DNA from: Azolla caroliniana
Lineage: Eukaryota; Plantae; Polypodiophyta
Reading direction: 5' to 3'
DNA: 64,000 bases
Assembly (NCBI GenBank): GCA_043228905.1
Contig: JBHGNT010000012.1
Location: 4,898,001-4,962,000 of the forward strand
In this document: piece by piece, positions 24,301 to 38,344 of the stretch
Position numbering within the stretch: the first letter of the stretch is position 1
Layout of the letters: each line of letters begins with the position of its first letter
Notes under the pieces: generated by a model
The model's input: only the letters and a program-made list of their open reading frames with translations
Databases searched by the model: none
Told to the model about the DNA's origin: nothing
Translations under genes and position numbers: made by a program

Positions 24301-27300
24301 AACTGTAAGTGGCTTTTGCACTATCTTATGTGTTCTCCTTGGTGACCGAAATATGTAATTTAGCAAGGATAAGGAACTGACATTCTCAACAATCAACTTG
24401 ATAATTTTAGCAGAGTTTTCTCAATAATAATTAAATCTTCTCTCTTGGTATTTCATAGCAGATTTTTGTTGGAGGATTGGATCCAATGGCAACAGAAGCA
24501 GATTTGAGGACTGTATTTGGTCAATTTGGTGAATTAGTGTATGTCAAAATTCCTGTTGGGAAAGGCTGTGGTTTTGTCCAATTTATGCACAGGTAAACCT
24601 GAGACTCTTTCTCTGCTTGGTGCTTGTGGTATATAATGTCAATGAGTTTATTTTGGCATTGAAAATTTGATGAAAAACTTTCCCATTTGCCATAGACCCA
24701 AATAAACTTGTAAAAATGATTGGTTTTGAGATAACTGATAACTGATGAAACCCATAATTATACTCTATATAAGATTTACAATATATGGTGTGCCTATGCG
24801 TACACACACAAATAGGTGTTCGTGTATTTTTGTTTTATACACCAACTTATTAGCTTTAAGGATCAGAATGATTGGACTACTAACCTGAATGTCATTATCA
24901 TTAGTTTCCATCACAATATTTGCTACTATATTATGTCAGGTTCACATTTCTTCATGTGTCTCCTCCCGGATATTATTAGGACACCAATATATTCTGGTAT
25001 CCCAGCTTTCCAGCCTATCCCGAAATCTTGAAATATTGGTCGTGTAGCCCCTCATTCCTTTCTATATTGGTCATGGACAAATTTATCTATTAGAAATATT
25101 ATCAAAGCTCACTATATTTGGTTTCATCAAAATGGCTGTTTCCATGTAGCTTCTACTTTTCTTGTTTGCTCTTGCACAGAAATCATAGTTTTATTAGCGT
25201 TTAGACTTCTAAGACGTTTAAAATTCTGATGTTCACCTGAGATTTTCTTGGCAGGATAACAGAATAAATATTTTTTTGCTAAAAATATGAATCTACTTGT
25301 TTTTCTTCTCAAAACCATTGGCATTTTAAATATATCTGTATTGTGCTCTGCCAATGCTAGTCAAACAGAAGTGAGGTAATTGGTCTGGACTATCGAGTTT
25401 GTGGCCATACCTATCCAAACAGTTCTATTTACACTTTGCAAGATATGGATTAGTAGTTGCAGTCATATTCTTGCTCACTTATGCAAGCTCTTAAATAGCA
25501 AGAGGTCTGGATGGTTCTCTTCTTTTAATATGAGTAGCTGATAATGCTGAGATGTTCAGAATTTGGATGCCTGAGGTGTATTTTAAACCCAAGATATTTT
25601 CCCGAATATATAGTAGAATGAATATTCTGTTGATAAACATATGCATCTACTTGCTTTTCTTTTCAAACTATTGCCATTTCAAATATAGCAGTACTGTACG
25701 TAGGCAATGCTTATCAAACAGAAGTGGGGTCTGGAGACTCATAGCCATCTAAACAATTCTATTTGCACATTTGCAATGTATCAATTAGGCGCTGTTGCTC
25801 ATGTTACGCAAGCTGATGGTAACAAGGTGTCTTGATGGTTCTCTTCTTTTAATGTGTGCGAATGAACAAATTACTCCAATTTGAGAAGTAGAACTTCATT
25901 AAATGAGAACATGCAGAAGACGGGTTTCCTGACTTGATTACTGTATAGAAGAGGTTTTTACAATGCCCCTCATTCCTTTGTATGGAATTGGCACAGCTTC
26001 TTTGAGATTTGGCATGTGAGATGGCTGGTAGATAATGACAGTTCTCATTTGAGATGTAGGGGCACGTTCTGGATGCATGTATGGAATGTACATTGCCAAT
26101 TCTAAAGTTTTGTGGACGATGTAGCTACCACCATAGAATAACTGTATGTGTTCCAATGTAATGTTAATGTAAGTTGGTATATTATCACATCAGCATATAC
26201 TGTATAATCATTATTTCATACAGTTGACACAAGCCACGTGTGTAAAAGAAGCTGTGGGAGGGGCACTCCACCAAAGGTGCTGATATCTAATCAATCTAAT
26301 CGAGAAGACTTCCAACAATATTGCCCCCAATTAATGCATAATAGTTTCCAAAATTAGCGGTCCTTGTATTTTTTATGTTTATTGTCCCTATTCAATTCTG
26401 TGCTTGGCACATTATGCACACAAACAGTTTGTATATTTTGGCACCATCATTTGTGTGAGGGATCCCAGTGATGCAGTCTAACATCTTGTTTAAATAATGT
26501 GACAACAAAGTAATTGGAATCCCTCCCCATTTGTGCATGAAAATTATGGGGTTATACATAGTCATAGTGCAAATTTGAATAATCATGCACTTGATTGCTC
26601 ACATGAAATAGTTGCATAGCCTGGTCCTCTGGGAAGTATAGTGCTACTTGTGGTTTATTTCAGGTCATAAATTTTTTTCCAGGCAGTTATGCTATTTGCT
26701 GCATGTTGGTCTCTTGCTATCAGTCAATGGATTGTTTCTTTTTCTGTCTCAAACTGTGTATATGGGCTTACGAGTTTGTACCTGGGTACTCAGAGCGGCA
26801 TGTGTGAGGAGTCATTGGCTCATTGGCTATTGTCTGTCTACATGCCCATGATGTGTATTGTGTTGCTATTCTAATGATTTTATGTGCTGCCTTACACACA
26901 GGATTTATCTTGAGAACCAGTTCTCTGGTTAGTGCAGAAACCCATGTTGACTCATCTATTCTATGAGGGGTCTTTATTGTGCACTTAGGAAAATGTTGTC
27001 TTTGAGATGACACATGACTATCACAGACATTATCTTTTGTACAATTGCTAGTATTACTTATGATGTATTTGGAAGATTCGCTGCTCTAGCATTCTTTGTG
27101 GTAAGGCTCATTCTACCTTGGTGGCTCTAGTTATAATATGACTCGAGCTCATTTACCTATAGTTCATTTCACACACCTCCTCTCAGTCTAGACTGTGGTA
27201 CTAATCTTTGGTACTTGCATATACTGCTTTTGTACGTCAGGATTAGACCATTTGACAATTGTGGTGGTTATTTCATATAGTTGATATAAAGCCTTGCTTT

Positions 27301-28927
27301 AGTAAAAGAAGAAAGAGAAAAACAACCATTTTCTCTCATAACTATTATGATTAGTATAATTTTTTGTAATTCATTTTTGTTGGATAATCTTCGGTTTTGT
27401 TCCCTTTGAAAGACCTTAGAATATTGGCACTTAATTCTCTAATGATACAAATCCCAATGGATTAGTCAAGCTAAAAATGAGTTGGCTGATATTATTAGTC
27501 AATCAATGGATTGTGTGTGCAGCCTTTGGTTCCTTTTCCTGTGACCCTGGGATTTGGTTTTCTTTATTAAAATCGGTATCACTCTTTCCTCCTACATTGC
27601 AATCCAGGTTGGATAAATTAGTACTGGGCTTCACGAGTCCTGATAGATGTAATATCCATAGTTCAGATCCGTCAGCAATGTGGGGCTTTGGAAACTTGCT
27701 ATTGTTCTGTATTAATAGGCTTACAACTAGGCTTCACTTGAATTTGCTATTGTTCTGAATTTGGAAAGAGGAAGCCATTTGGAAAAGACGCTTACATCAT
27801 CAGAACATGGTTAACACAAACAGTTCTTCCTGACATGCAATGTATGTTGAAAGCATGGGTTTACTTTTGTAGGTCGTGTGCAGAGGAAGCGCTTCAGAAA
27901 ATTCATGGAACTGTCATTGGCCTTCAAACTGTAAGACTCTCATGGGGTAGAAGCCCTGTGAAAACTCAAGTAAGTTTATTTGCAAGCTCCATAAAATTAA
28001 GACTTTTTACATTGGTAGCTTCAATCCTTTCTCACATATACCTTTATTTCTTTCTATCGATCAAGATTACATCCTTTACAAGTTACAATCATTACATTCT
28101 GTTGGTTGGTTGTATGCTGAGTTGTGCATGTATTTTTTCAGTTTCATATAGCTACTGATTTGAACCTTTTATTACTTACCCTCTTTAGAACTCACAAATT
28201 GCAGAAATGCATCTTGTAATTAATTGGAGTTTGTAAGAATTCTAGCCGGGTATTTTATGCCTTCGTTTTTCTTTAATGATCTCAGGTCACGGGATGGGAG
28301 CAAGGTCAGGTTGATCCAAGCCAATGGAATCAAGGTTATTATGGTTATCCTCAAGGTTATGAAGGATATGGCTACGCAGCTCAGCCAGTAGATGCTTCAG
28401 CATACTCATATGGAAGCTACCCTGCATATGGGAGCTATCCACAAGTTGTAAGTTGGAATAACTCTCTTTAGTTTATGTTTTCTCTGATTTTGAAATTGAT
28501 GTTTGTCTTGTCTTTGTTTATGTAGACGGAAGTACAAACTGGAGCTGAAATTTTAGCTGTCCAAGCTCCTGAATTTAGAGAGGAAGAAAAGACTGATCTT
28601 TTGGGAGCCCCTGATGTTGATAAGTGAGTCGATTTAGTGCTTGTATTATCCCAATGAAAACTCATACTTGTATGGTTAAAATGCTTGTCTAGGACGTGTA
28701 CAGCTCATCTTACTCATACTTGTTTGCTGCAATTATTCACACTTGCATGGTCCAAATGCATGCTTATGGATCAAAGTGATTGTGGTCATTGTAAGCCTTT
28801 GATTTAACTAACTTTATTTGTTAATTCTGGATGCAGGCTAAATGCTGCATACATCTCACTCCATGAACGGCAAGCCATAGCCAATCATTTGTGGGTAGCA
28901 ACCTCTGAAAATATGCTATCTGTGTGA
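21377..28927 (+). CDS. RBP47B': RBP45/RBP47-family polyadenylate/RNA-binding protein with 3 RRMs, RBP47B'-like; 8 exons, 455 aa
   Basis: Exons 21377-21634, 23285-23735, 24225-24304, 24462-24592, 27873-27969, 28286-28447, 28526-28623 and 28837-28927 are all GT-AG and join to a 1368-nt open frame. Q-rich N-terminus; RRM motifs TLWMGDL, SIFVGDL and IFVGGL; C-terminal PDVDKLNAAY typical of RBP47B'. Confidence 0.93.
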
Positions 28928-31900
28928 GAAGTCAGTTGATAGTTCGTAGGGCATCATGTTCAAGGTGTTTTACAGATGCAAGGAGACTTGGTATCGTTAT
29001 GTTCATTAACAGTTCATACAAAGATGTCTTGTACAGTATGAAGAGCCCCAAGCTGTGGTGAAAGATTTATCATCAGCCTTGTTTTGACATGGGGAGTTGT
29101 CTCTACAATTGTGGTTTTCTTCTACTTGAGAACAATGAACCTAGCAAATTGGAGATTATGGATTTGGTGTATGACTCTTATTGCCAAGCTCGTCATGTGC
29201 ATTTATTTTATGTAACGAGTTATTTGAATGGCGTGTAAAATTACCGGCATTGTCTTTTTGATCCCAACTTTTATTCATTCAGCCATAGGAAAAAGATAAG
29301 TCAATTGCCCCATTCATTCCTAACATCTCCACTAACCTTGTGGTTGCTGATAATTTACTCTCTAGAAGATAACGATTTATTTTGCAAATATGGTGGATAA
29401 TTTAAACTTAATGCCGTTAACGTTTCTAGCATATTCTTAGATTTTATGTGTTTTTTGTAAACCTTTACCCTTCTAGAGATATATAGTTGGGCCTTGGGAT
29501 CAGGTTACTAAAGCTCTAAAGCTGTCTTGAAACTTGAAAGTAACTATGATTAAGGTTTGGGTTGCACTATGAATGCTGTAATTATTCTATTCGATTGAAT
29601 TTGTATCTACAGAAAACGGTTTTACTAAAAGAAGATAAAGTATGTGATATCCTTTGGCAAATGAAATGCGTAATAAATTTAGTCTTGCAGGACAAGCTAT
29701 TCCAATAATGAAGAAGTCATTCAAGGAAGCCTTTACTTGATGGTGCTTTTGTGTTCAATCGAAAGCTCCTACCCCTTGTCACATTTACAAGTTCACTCTT
29801 GTAATGCCTTGAGATGTCTCACATTGAGGTTATGTTCTATATGTTCTATTATGATATAGTCAATACACAGATTGTGTATGAGAAGTTGCAGTGATTAAGG
29901 TTTAGCAAATAAGTACTTAGCCTAACCTTCTAAGTAAGTAATGGGAGAGAAGTGGAAGAAGGCTCTAGGTAAAAAGTTTTGTAAGATTGGAAGAAGCTAA
30001 AAAGACATAAAAGTGAGTTTTATAACTTTTTTACATTGGATTTGTTCCCTCACATTGTCATGGCCATTTGGCCTAAAGCTTTAAGAGCAAATTTGTTTTA
30101 TCCTCCTTTTTTCTAGTCTTCCTTAGTGTTGTACTCGTGCTTTTGCCACTATCTTCATGGGCGTGCTACGTATGGTAGCTAGTTAACAACTATTTGAAAT
30201 TGAAATCGATGTTCACCTTTGCAAAATGTTGGAAATGTTGCATGACTATGTTGTTTGTGCTAAGCATCATTCACTTCCCCTCTGTGAGGGTTGGTTATGG
30301 AATGTTCTATGTGCAAGTATGTTCTTATTAGTTTGTATTCGAGCTCTCTATTTATACTTTGTTCGCATTCATATGATTCTTTCATATGCCTCCCTCCCTT
30401 CCTCAAATATTATCTAATGAAGTGTATTTGGCATTGATTGAATGATCAAGCTACATCGATACTAGTAAGCAAACAATCAAACTTTAATGACCAACGAGTC
30501 CAATACCTCAAGGCTAGGCTCCATAAAGAGGTGATGAGTCATGATTGTAGTTGAGATCATATAACATAAGAGTGTCCAGAAAAGAAGAAGAAAGTAGGGT
30601 TAAACTTGTTATCCATTGTCCCTTTTGAAGTCCATCTCTATGTGGTCACATCAGCCTAACACCTTGCACAAAAGTTACAATAATACGAGCGCGATAGGTT
30701 CTAATCTCCATCCTCTAAATTTTTGCCACATTGACACACACACATTAGTAGTGGTTGCAACATATATCATCGTTTTCCAAGCTCATATTTTCAATCCTAG
30801 ATGATGACATTGTTTGGTTGTGTTGCTTGATCTCCTCAATATATTATCCATTGCTAAAAGGGTACATCGACTCTTGCCCACCTTGTTAGTTTTATTCCAA
30901 CATTAGATACATGGACAAGTTACACTCAATGTACTTGCTGATAGACCTAGTAGATATGCCAATGAGATTAGGGAAAAATAAGTATCTAGCACTAACATGG
31001 GAGGACCTCACAAAGCAAGGTCATGGAAGAGCATTAAGATCAAAGACAACATTGATAGTTTGCTAGTTTATTTTGGAGGATATTGTTTGTCCATATGGAG
31101 GTATTGTCATGAATGGCACGTAAAATCCAAGTTTTATAATAGGTTGAGATCTAGTTGAAGGAGCAATTGAAAGGAGATGTCACATATGATGATTAACCAC
31201 AAGACCTAAAGATCACATAATTGGTGAGATCTAACCACATGAACAATAAGGTCTATTTTTGTATCTTCCATCTTCTTAATCTCCCACACCCACGATGTTG
31301 TTTATGTGAGGAGCGCACATGAGGGATATGGGTTAAAATTGGATGTATATAAAAGATTAAAGGACAAGTTAGAAATATGAAAAAAGGTTAGAAAATAAAA
31401 ATAATAAAAAGGCATACCTCAGTCTTCAAGAGCTTACGCTAGGAGCAATAGGTGAAAGGTTTGAATCTCATCATATTTGTTACCTGTTCTTTTTTATTCT
31501 AATTCATGAGCCTTCATTGTGCTTGGTTGGTTGATTATTATATAATATAGGTTTAGTTAAAACTATTATCTAGTATTATTCACTTTCGAACAAGGATTGT
31601 GTTGGGAATTTCGGTTTGTGGTTTCGAATTTGGAACACGAAGTTGCACGATTTGGAACAAGATTTGTGAAAAGAGGAGTCCTTGAATGATGGCTTCAACA
31701 ATTCTAAATTCCAATAATTGATGGGATAGTTGTTAAAAGACGAGTATTCTAAGTTTAGAATACTCTGAAGTATTCTACACTTATTCTAAGTTTTAGAACT
31801 GTCATTTTATCATTTTTATGTATTCTAAGTCATTTTGTAAATTTGTTTTGATGTTGGATTTGGTATGTTGTATATTGATTGATGTACATGGACTTGTTTA

Positions 31901-32910
31901 TATTTTGTGGTTTGAAGAGTTTGGTATATGATGTATATGAAGTTGTATAAGATTACGGTAACATGTTATAGACGACGGAATGTAAAAATTGATGTTGATA
32001 AATATGTTATAATGTTGGATTTGGTATGTTGTATATCAAATCATAAACGAATCACCTTATCTTCCAATGTTAATGCGAACAACTTGCTAGATATGAAATT
32101 CTAACATTCCAACCTTGTCATATGGATATATCATTCTGCTCAAAGCTAATGTTGGGTCACAATTCATTGAGTTTTATTACAAAAATGTAGTATCAAGACA
32201 TGGAGTTTCTTCTAACCTTGTCAACCTTCCGTCAAAACTTATTTAATGGAGGGATTAGTGAGGTGACAAGCTATTCACAATATTATATTAGTTGATTATC
32301 CTTTGCAACAAGCATACTCTCCATCAAGATGACTCCCATTCTGGAGATAATCCACAACTACTAAAGAGTAGCAGAAACAATGGCACCTATAACATTTCAA
32401 TTCCATATTTGCATGTAAAGTATATCACCATACATACATCTCTCTTGAGTACCAATATGAATATATCACTACACAATAGAAACACGGGAACTGTGTTCTT
32501 TCCACCACTAGAGCAATACTGACGTGATTGGAAAACAATGAATATGAGGCAAAAGCACATATGAAAATGTGGTATGTTTTGCTTAAATTTTCAATATACC
32601 CATTATAGGATATTGTCATGAAAGACTCAAGCTACTAATAGGATTAACTTTTGTATGTACATCGTTCACACCTTCAACTCTGTGAAGCTCAAGTTACTAA
32701 TAGGATTAACTTTTGTATGTGTGTCGTTCACATCTTAAACTATTCAAGTCATCATCTCCACGTCACCCAACTTGCAAATGATTATCTGATCCTTGCTTGC
32801 AAAACTTGGTGTTTTCGATTCCTTGACAGAAATTTCCCAAAAATCTGCATTCACAAAAGGTTTTGTTTGAGTTTACATGAAGTGAATAATCAAAGAATAT
32901 TGTTGTTGCA

Positions 32911-33521
32911 TTTATGGTAAAGAGGCGTACACATGGGGTTTTGTGAGATGGGGAAGGCTGGCTAAAGATATACAGAATTATGAAAGGGATTGTGTTGATT
33001 TTCTTCTCCTCTCTGATGGAAGACATGTGTTGGAGGCCTCTTATACTACACCAATCCATTGTTTGGAAGAAGACAAGGTTTGGTCTATTGTATATTCTTT
33101 AGTAGTTTGGATATTATGGAAGGCAAGATGTAAGTGTGTATTTCAGAATGTCAAACCGAATGCGGTTGAGTTAGTCAAGGAGATATGGTTGATGCTCCTA
33201 CATACTCTAAGAGGTCAATATGAGGCAATACCTGGTGAGCCTGATGTTGTGTTTCACAAGCAACAACAATTTAGAGAAATTTGGAAAAAGGCAGAGGTCT
33301 TCACCTATTTTGGGGACAGAATAAAATGGAGATATGCTCCACCAAGATGACTTTTTTCTGGCCCCTGTCTTGAAAAGACCATGCGGGGTTTCCACTACTA
33401 GACATGTTGATTCATGTGGGTAGGAGGGTTGTAATATATTGTATGGATACTTTGTAGCCTTTGGGAATCTTTTAATTAATACCACGGTGAATCTTGACTT
33501 AAAAAAAGAAAAAAAGAAAAA
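32911..33521 (+). mobile_element. 5'-truncated L1-like LINE 3' end
   Basis: VWILWKARCKCVFQ motif, A-rich tail, and a degenerate 19-bp TSD (32892-32910 and 33522-33540). Confidence 0.75.
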
Positions 33522-33805
33522 AAAGAATGTTATTGTTGTAAACCCGAGAAGATCATTAAAATGGACAATAAACTAAAAAAAGCAAATACCTTAACAATTG
33601 ACAAAGATTGATAATACTTAAGAAAGATATGTAACACGGGTATATACAATGTGCTCACAAATGCCACATAAGGTCAAGGTTATGGCACACAAACACACAT
33701 ACACATATAGTTAAAATTATCCTATGCTTACGACTTTAAACATAATCCTTGCTTCTATTGCTCATAGAGTTTTTTAAAGCATTATAAGAAATAACATCAA
33801 AATCA

Positions 33806-34670
33806 CTAGATTGGGTCGCTACATTCTAGTTGCTCAAGCCGCCTGAGAACCGGCTGCTGCGAAGGTCTGGCACACATTTCAAGTTCCCTCCGCAATAATC
33901 ACCAAGTTTTGGCAGAAAATCTGGAAGCAACAACACGCGAGGCGAATTACCACTTTCCAATGGCTGTTAATACATAAGTCCCTACCGGTGGGAGCATGGC
34001 AACGTGGGAACCTTAGCTCTCCTAATTGTGTAGAGTGCCCACATGCAGTAGAATCCATACGACACGCTCTGTGGGACTGCCCAACGTCCCATAGAATATG
34101 GCGGGGGGTTGGCCGCTTGTTGCAATTATGCCAGGTGCAAGGTTCAATCAAGTGGGGAAATATATGTTGGCTATCATGGCAGGCTACAATTGGCCGATAC
34201 GAGCATCAGGAGGAGGGGATGACTTTGGTGATAAAAGCACAAGAGGTTCTTTTCTCCTCCAGCATCAATGTCCACTATATTCCTCTTAATGACAAATCTC
34301 AAGAGGTGTTGGAATTGGTCAGCCCAATAACCCTTTGGATTCTATCGAAACAATGGTGTAGACGGGTCTTCTCCAACCAAACCACCCATCCAACAAGGTT
34401 ACTGCAAGAGATATGGAGTGAAATTGTAGCCACTCTGAAGAGCCAATATGATGGCCTTAAAGGTGGCTCCGAGGGAGTTGAAAGACAACGCATAGCCTTC
34501 ATCCAACAATGGTCGCCCTCTCCCTTTCTTGAGTCAGTGGGCTTCCACATTAGATGGAACTATCGCGTCCCTTTAGGGATTTGTACATAATTGTCTCATT
34601 TGTAAATTTTTATAACTAATGGAAGGAGTTTTCTTTTGGAAAAAAAGAAAAAAAAAAGAAAAAAGAAAAA
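33806..34670 (+). mobile_element. 5'-truncated L1-like LINE with TSD
   Basis: zf-RVT motif CVECPHAVESIRHALWDC, poly(A) tail, and a 19-bp TSD AGAAA(T/A)AACATCAAAATCA at 33787-33805 and 34671-34689. Confidence 0.9.
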
Positions 34671-34865
34671 AGAAAAAACATCAAAATCAAGACTTTGGGA
34701 GTCTTTGCTCAAGGTATTACATACCTCCATGATTGTGATACATGGAATAAATGCATTTTATATACTATCCATGCATTACACTTCTACATTATATAACCAA
34801 ATTATGTACGTTTGGAAAGTTCGGCAATACATCTACTCCATTAAGGATCAATTTACTTCAAACAG

Positions 34866-34867
<2 letters not shown>

Positions 34868-34943
<76 letters not shown>

Positions 34944-34965
34944 ACACACACACACACACCCACAT

Positions 34966-35032
<67 letters not shown>
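34868..35032. repeat. Compound microsatellite (CA)n(TATC)n
   Basis: Seen directly. Confidence 0.97.
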
Positions 35033-35033
<1 letters not shown>

Positions 35034-36087
35034 TAGCTTAAACTAGGATAGAGAGAACATTATACACCTGTAACATTTGATCTTACATATCCAAATAATG
35101 CATTGCATAAACATCCTGAATGAGGCCCAATAAACTTTCAAGATATTTGGAAAGTTCACAGTTCATGATGGATATATGTATATATAAAGAACATACTTCA
35201 ACATTAGATCCAACAATCAAGTTGGGGTTGTCATATGTTTTTCCTTCTTGCTTTCTTCACTCTTGCCATTTCCTATTCATTGCAAGCCCAACCTACATGG
35301 TAGACCTGCCAACAACTAGTTCATTATCCTTCAACGACGCGTGAAAAAGACAAGCAATCATGTTTACACATCTATCTTGCATATGCATCAATAGGGTCGG
35401 GACATATCTTCCAATGGTCATCTATGATATGACCATTTTATCATAAGAGTGACCAATGATATGGTCACCCATCACATAAGTAATCAGGTGGTCATCATCG
35501 TACCATATTGATTACATACTATACGTTTTACATATACACGCATCCATTACTCCACACAAGAATGAGATATAACAATGTAGATTACTTACCTATATAGCTA
35601 TATTTGATGGGTATTCATCAAAGTTAATGTAGTTCTTGTTTAATGATTGGGTGATGAGCTAAACCCTAAACTCCCTATCAAGACATACATACAACGGTAG
35701 TGTCCACCTTTCCACCCCCGAACCAAGAAAAAAAATGAACGAGGGAGGAAAACAGAAGAATAGAGAAATATCTGACATAGAGAAGCATTAACAGCAACCT
35801 AAAACCCTAAACCGACTGTTAGGGTTTCAATTTGCACTTTTGTCTTCTTTGTTTTCCACTCTTTCCCTCGCTCACCACAAAAATAAGATTTCAAAATTCT
35901 CTTCATAGACCATAGTTTATATATATGGATCAGAGTCGGGCTCCTACCTCAAGTAAGTTAGGCTCCTCGGGCTCCTACCTCAGATGAGTTTTAGACCGTG
36001 AGGTCGATACAAGGAGTGCAAGCGGTATACAATCGGTGGGTGTATGTGAGAGGGAGAGTGAGAGTTAAACAATACAAATGTGAGTGA

Positions 36088-36089
<2 letters not shown>

Positions 36090-36154
<65 letters not shown>
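36090..36154. repeat. (GA)n microsatellite
   Basis: Seen directly. Confidence 0.97.
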
Positions 36155-36157
<3 letters not shown>

Positions 36158-36659
36158 CAACGGGTAATTGCTTTTTTTGCACTGTTCAAATGGAAGATAT
36201 TACTCATTGATTTATACAATGTTCGATTACTTGTCAGATTTGGAGTTACATTTCTCAAATTTGGCAAGTCTTATCATAGTGTTATTTGACACCTAGACAG
36301 TGGGCGTTTGCACAATTTAAACAAGTTGACCCAAAATTAGAGATGGAGATTGTTTTTCTATTTTTGAGATATTGGGGATTGCGTCATAATTGGAATATGC
36401 GCAACGCTTTTGTATTCGATGGTAGACATGGAGTGAAAGCATATCTACGATAGTTGAAGGGAGTACTAATTGACAATTTTCTTTATTGGAGCAAGTGGGA
36501 AATTCTTTCCTCGGTGAAGTGTTTGTCTTGCCTATTGGCAATTCAACATGTTCCACTACCCATGTAGTGTAGTTAGTGGGTGACCATATTCCATTGTCAC
36601 ACCCATTGTAAGTAGTGTTTTTTACACACATTTATATTAATATAATTGTGTGTTTTCAC

Positions 36660-36663
<4 letters not shown>

Positions 36664-36748
<85 letters not shown>
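36664..36748. repeat. (GA)n microsatellite
   Basis: Seen directly. Confidence 0.97.
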
Positions 36749-36751
<3 letters not shown>

Positions 36752-37072
36752 AAGATAGAAAGAAAGATATATTAACGTCTTCTAAGGCCAAATTTGGCCC
36801 ATGAGACAAATGGTTTACAAAAAATGGGACATTTACCCATTCATCGAAAGTAAAAAATCAAAATAAGATAAAAAATAGTTCTAAAAAAAACATGTTCTAC
36901 AATGAAAAGATGTTATACTAGGCCTAATTTCATTTCCATCCAAGTATCTCGAAGAGAAGCGGGAGGTCAAAGGGTTGCGATGTGGATGTGGCTCGTGGTC
37001 CCAATGTAAAAGGTACCCCAACCATAGCTTCTAGTCGACGTAGCTCACGTTCCCTTATCTTCTTAATCTTTT

Positions 37073-37795
37073 CTACTCCACATCGACTTGTTTTGAAGCC
37101 CAACATCTGAGGGCGTTTGGTTGTTGTATTTCTGCTTCCTCAAGGGATCTGAGGCCGAGCGGCGTAAGTGTATCCACATTCATCGTCTCCCCTTGTTCCT
37201 GAAAAATTACACTAGTTATATGTTGATGAATAGTAAAAGGGTTATGATTAACACTTTGTAATTTATTCTCCCTATGTTGTTTTAGCTCTAAGATATACCT
37301 ACCTAGTCTTTTTACACTTGATGTATCTAATAGTTTGGAGAGGGTGGGAGAGGGTCCTAATATGTCTTGGTATTCCGCCCGTATCTCGACATAAGTTGGG
37401 CACTTGCATGTGAAGTGATACTCATCCTCTATCTCTATGTGGCATAACCTACATAGCCTTTCCTCTCTAGGGATTCTATTAGCTTGACCATTCTCAATCT
37501 CAAGTCGGTGAGATGATATCCTAAGTTGTCCAATGGCCACCCTTAGTGCATTTGATAAGAATGTATCTAGATATGTTGGTCGTGTAATAAAACCTAACTT
37601 AGAGAAGTGCAAGAAATGTTCCTTATAGTACACAATTTTAGATGGGAGTGGCTCTCGTGGGGTGATCCATTTATATCGAGTGTAAATTTGCCATATTTCT
37701 TGGCGTATCACTTTATTACGGTTTTCATGAGAGATTAGAGTTTGATCCGTCCCATGGTTGTACTTAAGGGGAGGTAGGTTATTTGTTAGAGACAT
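37073..37795 (-). mobile_element. C-terminal fragment of a non-L1 LINE (RTE-X/CR1-like)
   Basis: QLRISSHRLEIE.G...REERLCRLC..EIEDEYHF..KCPTY is the typical C-terminal motif of these LINE ORF2 proteins. Confidence 0.75.
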
Positions 37796-38344
37796 GAACT
37801 AATGTAAGCATTAGATAAGGATAGAATATAGATAGATAGATAGATAGAAAGGAGAGAGAGAAAGAAGGGTGCTGATCCACCCGACCACCCCCGAGCGAAG
37901 GGATCAAGACGGACTCAAGCCTCGATCGACGTCCCATACCACCGCCGTGGCGTCGAGTCGTACCTGGTGCTGGCGCGCTCGCTACAAGAGTTGACCCACC
38001 ACAAGACAGAGTCTCGACGTAGTCAATAAGATGATCAAATGAGGGTAGCTAGGCCTCTTATTTATAGCGATACCCAAGGCCCCCAGGCAAGTTCACACTT
38101 GGCCTAATGGGTTGTCTCAATCCCGAGGATTAAAAGTAATCCTCCCCTTCTTTACACTCTCATTTAACCCTCACACTTATCCACGTGTATAGAATACTAC
38201 GGTAAATTCTCACCACGGGATATTACATGGTTATGCCCGTAACATTATTAATATCTATGCCGTTTGCAAGTAACCAACTCACCACAATGCTATACCAAGA
38301 GCTAGTGTCTCCAGATGCATGTAGGGATCGAGATGCCTCAAAGA

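Noticed and set aside
24455-24462. NAGNAG acceptors in RBP47B' (TAGCAG) and VDE (63483-63488)
   Set aside because: A common feature that changes only one residue, with no evidence of use.
30560-32300. Possible old LTR or DNA-transposon remnants
   Set aside because: No termini, TSD or coding motif that I can support.
34636-36809. ORFs with THTH, YLSI, SLSL or RERE runs
   Set aside because: They are translations of microsatellites.
37803-38244. Possible solo LTR (TGTAAG...TTACA/TAACA)
   Set aside because: The composition is LTR-like, but I found no matching TSD and no second copy in the window.
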